IMG/VR virus record: IMGVR_UViG_2585427593_000001
Location: 1-56,831 of that record
Origin: a virus
Taxonomy: Duplodnaviria > Heunggongvirae > Uroviricota > Caudoviricetes
Length of the DNA: 56,831 bases
Reading direction: 5' to 3' (one strand)
Program-made: the position numbers and the translations under genes
The notes under the pieces: generated by a model
What the model was told of the DNA's origin: nothing
Databases searched by the model: none
What the model saw: the letters and a program-made list of their open reading frames with translations, nothing else
Shown: positions 9,015 through 16,045 of the stretch, piece by piece
Numbering within the stretch: position 1 is the stretch's first letter
Layout: each line of letters begins with the position of its first letter

Positions 9015-9191
9015 CCGGCAAGGGTCTGGTTTCGGCCAGGCCCTTTTCGGCCGCTCGGCCACTACCCTAGGCCAGGCCAAGGGCGGCTCCCTTCCCGACC
9101 GAGGCCCGCTGCATACCCGGCCATCACCTCGATACAGCCGCGCTCAGCGTTTGCGAAGATCAATCATCGATCAACGCAAAGGAGCAAATCG

Positions 9192-9320
9192 ATGAACAAC
9201 GACCGCGTCAGCCTCAAAGACATCGCGCGTGATGGCGCCGCCTTCCTCTCCATGAGCCTCTTCATCATCGCGATCAGCATCGCCTGCGTCGCGATGAAGC
9301 CCGTCGTATTGCCTGTGTAA
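9192..9320 (+). CDS. Small membrane peptide (42 aa; not in the ORF track)
   Basis: SD AAAGGAG; MNNDRVSLKDIARDGAAFLSMSLFIIAISIACVAMKPVVLPV. Confidence 0.5.
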   Translation: MNNDRVSLKDIARDGAAFLSMSLFIIAISIACVAMKPVVLPV

Positions 9321-9391
9321 GCCTTTAGCTATCCAGCTAGAGAGCTAATAAGCTAGAAACTGCAAACAGCAACGCCAAGAAAGGCACCGAA

Positions 9392-9730
9392 ATGTCCTAC
9401 GTCACCGAAGTTTTCATGAACCGTCAGATCCGCGAAGCCGCTGTCAGCCTCGACATCGTGCAAGCCGCGCAGAACCACAAGCTGCCTGCAGACAGCAAGA
9501 AGCACGTTCTGCTCGCCAAGGTTCTCAAGGACCACGCCGATCGCCTTCAGCGCCTGGTCGCCGAGCAGACGGTCATGAGCCCTGACGAATTCTTCCGGCG
9601 CGCTTTCGAACGTGTCCGCGAGATGCGGGCTGAAGCTGCACTCATCGCCACCATGCGCCGCGAGAAGCGCGAGCGTGACGCCCTCGAGCGCGAAACGGTC
9701 ATGCAGGAGATGGGTCTGATCGCCGCCTGA
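9392..9730 (+). CDS. Helical hypothetical protein
   Basis: SD GAAAGG; followed by a terminator. Confidence 0.7.
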   Translation: MSYVTEVFMNRQIREAAVSLDIVQAAQNHKLPADSKKHVLLAKVLKDHADRLQRLVAEQTVMSPDEFFRRAFERVREMRAEAALIATMRREKRERDALERETVMQEMGLIAA

Positions 9731-9744
9731 CACGCCTAGAGACG

Positions 9745-9772
9745 ACCGCAGCTCTCACGGGCTGCGGTTTTG
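9745..9772 (+). terminator. Rho-independent terminator
   Basis: ACCGCAGC...GCTGCGGT-TTTG. Confidence 0.7.
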
Positions 9773-9851
9773 TCTGGGCTTGGGACTGCCCTAGGGGCGA
9801 GGGCAAGGATTTGGGGAACGGCAGCGCGCCTAGGGATCCGCGGTCAGGAAC

Positions 9852-9878
9852 GGGGTGCCAGGGGAACGGGTATAGGGG
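9852..9878 (+). other. Canonical G-quadruplex motif
   Basis: GGGG-TGCCA-GGGG-AAC-GGG-TATA-GGGG. Confidence 0.55.
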
Positions 9879-10126
9879 TGGTCGCCCCTAGGTGTGCCCT
9901 TGGGCGCGGGCGCGCCTCCCCTGCCCGCGCGCCTACGCGCCCTGGCCCTATGCGTGCATGACGCGCATATGAGCGCTCGATATCGCACGCGATAGCGTCT
10001 GGTCGACTCACAGCGCGTCACTGGCTGGCTTGGTCGCTTTCTGTGACTCGTTACTCATCTCAGCATGCGAAACGCGCTGTATGAGCTTCTATAGCGCTGC
10101 CCGTTTTCAGACATGAGCGCAAACGC

Positions 10127-10152
10127 AAAAAGCGCGCTATCTCTAGCGCGCT
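10127..10152 (-). terminator. Rho-independent terminator of the CC/GG-free gene
   Basis: AGCGCGCTA-TCTC-TAGCGCGCT with an A-run on the left (U-run on the minus strand). Confidence 0.75.
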
Positions 10153-10175
10153 TCATTCTGTTTATGAGTAGACGC

Positions 10176-10775
10176 TTATGCAGCGTCTTTTTCGTTCTCT
10201 TCGCTTTCGTCTTCGATTTCGACTTTCGCAAAGTCGATCTTGAACGCTACGCAAAGCGCTTCTGCGAGTGCTGTTAGATCGACGCTGAAAGCGTTCTTGA
10301 TATCGTGACGATGCTTGATGATATTCAGCGTCAAAAGCGCGTCTCTGCTCGTCTGTGACTGCGCTGCAATCGTCTCTGTCGTTTGAATGATGTTGCGCAC
10401 ATAAACGAGATGCTTGACGCTATCGTCAACAGTAACGTCTCGCGAAATCGATGCTTCGATCATTGCTTGCGTAAGCACTGCATCGTTGCGATAGCAGTTG
10501 ATTGCAGTGCGAAAGATTGCGTATGTGTTTTCGTTCAAGTCTTTTGCGTTCAGCGTCACAGCTTGCGAAGCAAACTTGACGACTTTCTCGCATGCATACA
10601 TTGCTCTTGTGAAGCGTTCAGCGTCGACGTTTGCGTCTGTCAGCATGTCAGCGAGCTTTTCGTTGGAAAGCATCGTAACAAGCTTGCGAAGCTTCTTTTC
10701 GTTGCTTGCGCTGCAGTTGTTCAGAAGAGCAGAGTTAAGACGTTCAGACATTGCGACTGCGAAGACGTTAGACAT
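10176..10775 (-). CDS. Hypothetical protein with no Gly, Pro or Trp, encoded by CC/GG-free DNA
   Basis: 199-aa ORF with purine-rich SD (GAAAGAGAG), its own terminator and recognisable similarity to 7176-8108. Confidence 0.85.
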   Translation of the reverse strand: MSNVFAVAMSERLNSALLNNCSASNEKKLRKLVTMLSNEKLADMLTDANVDAERFTRAMYACEKVVKFASQAVTLNAKDLNENTYAIFRTAINCYRNDAVLTQAMIEASISRDVTVDDSVKHLVYVRNIIQTTETIAAQSQTSRDALLTLNIIKHRHDIKNAFSVDLTALAEALCVAFKIDFAKVEIEDESEENEKDAA

Positions 10776-10920
10776 AGTGTTCTCTCTTTCGTGTAGAGCG
10801 TTGCGTTAGTCGAAAGCGTTGCTGATTTGTTTGTGTCGCTTTCGATGATTTGACTTTATCGAAGTCTTAGAACGGAGCAAATGTTCTGATGGGGATGCCT
10901 TCCGGACTGGCGACGCTCCG

Positions 10921-10945
10921 GTGATCCTATCCTCCTCAGCCAGCT
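10921..10945 (+). repeat. Intergenic spacer repeat (identical 25-mer at 11637-11661; 12-bp core also at 12304 and 13096)
   Basis: GTGATCCTATCCTCCTCAGCCAGCT twice; CCTATCCTCCTC four times. Confidence 0.9.
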
Positions 10946-11058
10946 ATCTAGCTGCGTAGCTATCTTCAGCCGAAAGACGGTAGTGTTTAGCACAGGAATT
11001 TCCCTTAATAATTGAGGATCATCATGATTAAACGGCCGAAGCATTTGCGGGGAAGGGA

Positions 11059-11613
11059 ATGACGGACAATTCGAAATCCTTGGCAGAACTCGCTGCGATG
11101 AGAGCACGCGAGGAACTCACCGATGAGCAGTTTGAGGACGCGCGAAAGTTATTATCGGCGGTGCCAACTGAACCACTGCATTTTCACGCACGCAGAACGC
11201 CGAAGAAAAGCGGAGATGTTGGAAGCGGCATCCTCGTATTGATGATCATCATCGGCGGGTTGTGGTGGCTGGGATCGTCCATCGGGAGCAAGAGCCCGGA
11301 GGAGCAAAAGCAAGAGGCTGCAGCAGAGAGTGCCAAGAAGGCTGAAGACAGGCGAAAAGGTTTCCACTGTCTTTCTGCCTGGGACGGTTCAGACCGTGAG
11401 CTGGTCGATGCTGTGAAAGAGTCGCTACGCGACCCCAGCAGCTTTGAGCATGACGAAACGAGGATCACGCCTGTCAGTCCGCAGGGCCAGCATTTTCTAA
11501 CGATGACTTTCCGCGCGAAGAACGGATTCGGTGGCACCAACGTTGGGGTGGCAACGGGTATGGTCAGGCAATCGGACTGCGCGCTTGTTAAGTGGAACCT
11601 TGTTTCGTCGTAA
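11059..11613 (+). CDS. Single-pass membrane protein
   Basis: TM segment ILVLMIIIGGLWWL; C-terminal LRDPSSF...FRAKNGFGG domain. Confidence 0.75.
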   Translation: MTDNSKSLAELAAMRAREELTDEQFEDARKLLSAVPTEPLHFHARRTPKKSGDVGSGILVLMIIIGGLWWLGSSIGSKSPEEQKQEAAAESAKKAEDRRKGFHCLSAWDGSDRELVDAVKESLRDPSSFEHDETRITPVSPQGQHFLTMTFRAKNGFGGTNVGVATGMVRQSDCALVKWNLVSS

Positions 11614-11752
11614 CCTCCACCCGGCCAACGTTCCCCGTGATCCTATCCTCCTCAGCCAGCTGCCCAGCTATCTAGCCAGGTGTTGCCCTCCCCTTTCACG
11701 AGCGGGCGCGATGTGATCCTATCGGTGGATCGGCTGCTGGATTCGAATCGAC

Positions 11753-11956
11753 ATGGTCAGACCTGTTCTTCTGTGGCTCACCGGACTCCTGTCCTCGTTT
11801 ATGCTTGGAGGTGGTCTGGGTCTGTTCCTGACCTCGCTTGGCGCATTGCCTGGGAAGGATCTCAACATCATGTTCAGCTTCGGGTTCGCTCTGATGTTCG
11901 CCTGCGTCAGGCTGTGGGTTCTCGAAGCCCGATCTCTCCGGAAGCCCGCTCCTTAA
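11753..11956 (+). CDS. Small two-TM membrane protein
   Basis: Hydrophobic 67 aa; ends FACVRLWVLEARS. Confidence 0.6.
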   Translation: MVRPVLLWLTGLLSSFMLGGGLGLFLTSLGALPGKDLNIMFSFGFALMFACVRLWVLEARSLRKPAP

Positions 11957-12078
11957 ACGCCTACCCGGCCGACGTTCTCCGGTGTCCCTCAGCCAGCTTC
12001 CTAGCTACCAAGCCAGGTAGCCCCTTCCAGAATCTCTGCCCGTCAGCTACACGCGGATATCAGCCACGGAATCACCTC

Positions 12079-12279
12079 ATGACCATTTTTCGCGAAATCG
12101 CCCTCTGGATCTCAGGGATTCTGGGTTTTGCATGCCTAGCGGGGGCGATCGCCGCTGCCGTCGAGAAGATTGCAGATCTCCGACAGTGGGATATCAGCCA
12201 TCCGCTGATTCTGGCGTTCCCTCTCATCTTTGTCTGCATCCGCTTGTGGATCCTCGAGCGCCGATCTACCCAGCGATAA
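12079..12279 (+). CDS. Small two-TM membrane protein, paralog of 11753
   Basis: ATG 12079; ends FVCIRLWILERRS. Confidence 0.6.
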   Translation: MTIFREIALWISGILGFACLAGAIAAAVEKIADLRQWDISHPLILAFPLIFVCIRLWILERRSTQR

Positions 12280-12370
12280 CACCCCGGCAGATATTCCCGG
12301 CGCCCTATCCTCCTCTAGCTCTCTCCGCAAAAAGCTGCTTAGCTAGATAGCTGGGTGGGGGAAAAATCTG

Positions 12371-13042
12371 ATGAGCAACATGACTTTGAGGGATTGGCGC
12401 GAACGCGCTGTTTGGCTGACAAGGCATGAGCGCGAGGAGAAAGAGCGCAGAACGCGGATTGAGCTCATAATGGCCGCGGCAACTGTTTTGTCTGCTATCT
12501 CGACGATAGCGGCTGTTGGGGTCGGAGCATTTCAGTATCGAGCAGCTTCGGACGCCCTCACCGCGGCAGATGTGAATCGTAGCCGCGAAGCCTACATTGT
12601 AGGCTGGAATGATGCCTGCCAGGCGTATAGGGCTTTGACAGCGCGACTGCCTGCGTGGGCAATTGTCGAGGATGAACTTCCAAAGTGGGATGACGATCAG
12701 AAACTCAGCGCTCTTCTCGAGCTAAACGGGCGTTTGCAAAAGCTGACGGATCTGAGCCTTAAGCTACTAATCTGGGAGGACCGCGATCATCTCGATAAAT
12801 TGAGCATCGCGATCGGACCGGACCTGGATGCGATGATGCATGGATTGCCAACGCATTCACTTGAAACAGTAAAGTTCTGGACGGCAATTTCTGATGGCTA
12901 CGCGCACTGCGAGAGCGCGATGCGCAAGGCCATCCTCTGGATGAAGGACAACGACCTGAACGGGAAGAAGGCTGATCGGGTCATGGTGTTTAAAACGCGC
13001 GCTGAATTAGAGCGCTACTTAACAGCCCAAAAAGCCAAATAG
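12371..13042 (+). CDS. Membrane-anchored hypothetical protein
   Basis: Charged N-terminus, one TM segment, helical C-terminal part; lower GC. Confidence 0.7.
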   Translation: MSNMTLRDWRERAVWLTRHEREEKERRTRIELIMAAATVLSAISTIAAVGVGAFQYRAASDALTAADVNRSREAYIVGWNDACQAYRALTARLPAWAIVEDELPKWDDDQKLSALLELNGRLQKLTDLSLKLLIWEDRDHLDKLSIAIGPDLDAMMHGLPTHSLETVKFWTAISDGYAHCESAMRKAILWMKDNDLNGKKADRVMVFKTRAELERYLTAQKAK

Positions 13043-13045
13043 CTA

Positions 13046-13075
13046 GATACCTGCCTAGCTATCTAGGCAGGTATC
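13046..13075. terminator. Perfect 13-bp hairpin (terminator-like, no clear U-run)
   Basis: GATACCTGCCTAG-CTAT-CTAGGCAGGTATC directly after the stop codon. Confidence 0.5.
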
Positions 13076-13151
13076 ACTACCCGGATCTGAGGTGCCCTAT
13101 CCTCCTCTCTCGCCCCTATGATAGAATCGCGGTTGTGGATCGGGGGATTGC

Positions 13152-13742
13152 ATGCTGAGGAATATCCTACTGAGCGCGGTCGGTGTCGTCATCGCTGTCG
13201 TCGTTTATGGCTATTGGGATTCAACCCATGTCCGGCAGATCTCAAACGCGCGGGTAACCGCCGAGCTCATCGATCCGATGGGAATGAATTTCGACACCAT
13301 GGATTCCATGCGCCCCTTCAACCGGGGTCAGCTCTTCATCAAGGTTCGCTGGCAGCAACCAGAAAAAGAGCGGGTTGCTGAGATCTACGCGGGCGGTGCG
13401 GTGTTTGAGGATGGCAAGATATTTGTCACTTTCGGCGAGATGTGCCAGCGCAGCGGTAGCACCTGGCTAGCCGAGGCTCATTGGGACTGGCAAGGCGATG
13501 TGCTGACGGATCTGACCTGCTTCATCAAGCTCGACAAGGAATTGCCGGTCGGCCTCGACAATCTCGGGCGAAACATGACCGCTGATATTGACGCTAATGA
13601 CCAGCGGATAGCCAAGATGCAGTTCGATGGGCTCATGTCGCGTGTGTATGCCTCCAAGGTGCCCTATCGCTATGTCACCTGGATCAACACCGGTCTTAAA
13701 CAGGTGAAGGACTGGATAGCCTACCCCTTCCAACGCACCTAG
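13152..13742 (+). CDS. N-terminally anchored (exported) hypothetical protein
   Basis: MLRNILLSAVGVVIAVVVYGYW signal anchor. Confidence 0.7.
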   Translation: MLRNILLSAVGVVIAVVVYGYWDSTHVRQISNARVTAELIDPMGMNFDTMDSMRPFNRGQLFIKVRWQQPEKERVAEIYAGGAVFEDGKIFVTFGEMCQRSGSTWLAEAHWDWQGDVLTDLTCFIKLDKELPVGLDNLGRNMTADIDANDQRIAKMQFDGLMSRVYASKVPYRYVTWINTGLKQVKDWIAYPFQRT

Positions 13743-13848
13743 TTGGCTATCCTGCCCCGAGACAGATATAGATAAATAGCCATGTAGCTATATGTAAGTA
13801 AGTGTTTACTTATCTGCGCAAGGGTGATACGGATTTTCTCACTGCTGA

Positions 13849-13925
13849 CGCGGGGTAGCTCAGTTGGTGAGAGCGCTGGACTCATAATCCAGAGGTCGTC
13901 GGTTCAAGTCCGATCCCCGCAACCA
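13849..13925 (+). tRNA. tRNA with CAU anticodon (Met type), encoded CCA
   Basis: Cloverleaf: D arm GCTC/GAGC, anticodon arm CTGGA-CTCATAA-TCCAG, T loop GGTTCAAGTCC, 3' ACCA. Confidence 0.95.
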
Positions 13926-13957
13926 GCATTCCATGACGATCTCGCTATAAAATAGGC

Positions 13958-14332
13958 ATGAGCAGAAAATACTCCGACCGTCCCGAATACGTGAAAACTG
14001 CCGTGCAAAAGCGTCGGCTGAAGATCAAAGCTATGGCCATTGAGTATAAGGGCGGAGCTTGCTCGCGTTGCGGATACGATCGCTGCCCTGACGCGCTGGA
14101 GTTCCACCATCTTGACCCTGCCGAAAAGGACTTCGGCGTTGGCACCAGCGGTCACTGCCGCTCCTGGGAGCGGGTAAAGGCCGAGCTCGATAAGTGCATC
14201 ATGGTCTGCTCCAACTGCCATCGCGAGATCCAAGTGCTTGGCTATCGCCCAGCTCCAACCCCAACCGCATGGCCGACCTTATCGAAGGGCGTCGTCTCCA
14301 GCTCTCCCTCGCCTTTCCCGAAACCTCGGTAG
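13958..14332 (+). CDS. Free-standing HNH endonuclease
   Basis: CSRC...LEFHH...CSNCH; the C-terminal tail looks low-complexity. Confidence 0.8.
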   Translation: MSRKYSDRPEYVKTAVQKRRLKIKAMAIEYKGGACSRCGYDRCPDALEFHHLDPAEKDFGVGTSGHCRSWERVKAELDKCIMVCSNCHREIQVLGYRPAPTPTAWPTLSKGVVSSSPSPFPKPR

Positions 14333-14363
14333 CTGCATAGCTACCCAGCCCGAAAGCTAATTA

Positions 14364-14570
14364 ATGCTGTCTCGCATTCTTCAGGTCGTCAACGGGGCTG
14401 TCGCCCTTATGGTCGTCGCCCTGACTATAGCCTACGCCTCGGTCGCGATCCCGGTTCTTCTCGGGGTGTTCGTCGGCTTCCTTCTCCTCTTGTGGATCCT
14501 CTCCCATTTGGCCGACGGCGTTTACATCGTGGGTCGCTGGCTTCTGAAGAAGTTCGGCAAGGATCAATAA
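14364..14570 (+). CDS. Small membrane protein
   Basis: Two hydrophobic segments, basic C-terminus. Confidence 0.6.
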   Translation: MLSRILQVVNGAVALMVVALTIAYASVAIPVLLGVFVGFLLLLWILSHLADGVYIVGRWLLKKFGKDQ

Positions 14571-14629
14571 ACAGAAAGGCCCGGCATAAACCGGACCTTT
14601 GGTAGCTCGGTAGCTGGAAAGCTATCGGG

Positions 14630-14893
14630 CTATTTGCGTTTCTGCTCGCGCTTCCAGGCGTTGAAGCACTCGATCAGGAATTTCGACATCGGCATACGGT
14701 GCTGAGCGGCCGTCATCTTGAATTCCAGGTGCCAGTCGTGCGGCATGTTGAAGGTCATGCCGACGGGACGGCTACCTTTCATGTTATTGGCAGCCTCGAC
14801 CGGCTCCTCGACGGCAGCCTGGGGTAGGAAGGAGGAGGGCGCTTGCTTTCTGGGCGGCGCTGCGATGACCGCGCGGGTGGTTTTCTCGTTCAT
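14630..14893 (-). CDS. Ribbon-helix-helix partition protein (type Ib, ParG-like)
   Basis: Coupled to parA; flexible N-terminus, then beta strand MTFNM and two helices. Confidence 0.7.
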   Translation of the reverse strand: MNEKTTRAVIAAPPRKQAPSSFLPQAAVEEPVEAANNMKGSRPVGMTFNMPHDWHLEFKMTAAQHRMPMSKFLIECFNAWKREQKRK

Positions 14894-15537
14894 GCTGCTT
14901 CCTCAAGGCTATTCACGACTGCGACGACTTCAGCGGCCACCAGGTCGGCCGTTTCTTCCAGGCGGCCCGTATTGAGGCCCTGGACCTCTGACAGCGCGTA
15001 GCCGTGGTTCTGGCTCTTCTGGTAGCTATGTTTGAGCGTGATGTTCTGGGATGCGACCCGGAACTCTTTCAGATATTCGCGCGCCTCGGAGATTGCGAGC
15101 TTGGAGTCCGTGATCTTCGACAGGACGAAGATGATCTTCTCCCGCTTCACGCCTTTGGCGACGAGCTCCTTGGCGAACGCGAGCTGCGGCTCGAGGTCAT
15201 CGAGGGAAAGACCGGTCGGCACAACCACGACATGGGAGCGAAGGGCGATTTCGAGAGAGGATTGAACCGAGTCCGGCCGGCCATCGGCGACGACGAGGTT
15301 ATATTCCTCGCGCGGCAGGAAGCTTGGTTGGTGATAAGCCTCGGCTGTGATCTCCGGCTTGATGCCGGCATTGGTGCGGATCCTGCACCATTTGACCGAG
15401 GTCAGCTGTGTAAGGTTGAAGTCGGCAATCAGCACGGTCCAGCCGGCGACCGCATAAGTTCTGGCGATGAGACGGGCGAGGGTGCTTTTACCAACCCCGC
15501 CCTTCTGCGACAGGCACGATATGATCAGGTCAGCCAT
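14890..15537 (-). CDS. parA: Short ParA partition ATPase
   Basis: Deviant Walker A QKGGVGKST; 215 aa with no N-terminal HTH. Confidence 0.92.
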   Translation of the reverse strand: MADLIISCLSQKGGVGKSTLARLIARTYAVAGWTVLIADFNLTQLTSVKWCRIRTNAGIKPEITAEAYHQPSFLPREEYNLVVADGRPDSVQSSLEIALRSHVVVVPTGLSLDDLEPQLAFAKELVAKGVKREKIIFVLSKITDSKLAISEAREYLKEFRVASQNITLKHSYQKSQNHGYALSEVQGLNTGRLEETADLVAAEVVAVVNSLEEAA

Positions 15538-15601
15538 CTATCTATGTCCCTATCTAGCTATCTAAGGCAGTAGCTATATGGCTGATTCTGGTTAAGGGAG
15601 T

Positions 15602-16045
15602 CTATACGCCGAGGTATCCCTTCGCCCTCATTTCGCGCCGGCGTTCGAAATAATCGACATCGGGCGGGCCATCGGCCGGCTCGAACCAGTCGAAATCGAA
15701 GATTTCCTCGAGCTGATCCTTGTCGACCTTCAAGACCCGGTAGCGATAGTCCTTGGCGTCGGTATCGAAGCGATCGTTGACCTCGCACTCCTTCTTCGAG
15801 ATGCCGTGCTTCTTGAACACCTCTTCCTCGTATTCGGCGCCATACTGAGCGAGGTGCATGTTGCTGATCCGGAAGTAGGCCCATTCGATCGGCAAGCGCA
15901 GTTCGCGCACCGGTTCGAAGGTGGGCGAGGTTCCAGGAGCGGCGAACGAGACATCGGGCGCGATCGCGATCCTGATATCGCGCTGGTCGGGGCGAGGGGA
16001 GATCTTTGCCTCCCCAACCCGGCGCGTTCCGCAATAGACCTGCAT
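15602..16045 (-). CDS. Hypothetical protein
   Basis: Coupled to the kinase gene. Confidence 0.65.
   Translation of the reverse strand: MQVYCGTRRVGEAKISPRPDQRDIRIAIAPDVSFAAPGTSPTFEPVRELRLPIEWAYFRISNMHLAQYGAEYEEEVFKKHGISKKECEVNDRFDTDAKDYRYRVLKVDKDQLEEIFDFDWFEPADGPPDVDYFERRREMRAKGYLGV

Noticed and set aside
1316-9160. Sigma54 promoters at the TTGC motifs
   Set aside because: No TGGCAC at the required -24 spacing.
10905-13742. Classical integron
   Set aside because: No integron integrase, and the spacers lack attC RYYYAAC/GTTRRRY ends and pairing.
13958-14332. Intron-encoded homing endonuclease
   Set aside because: The tRNA is intact and no interrupted gene or intron structure flanks the HNH; it is free-standing.
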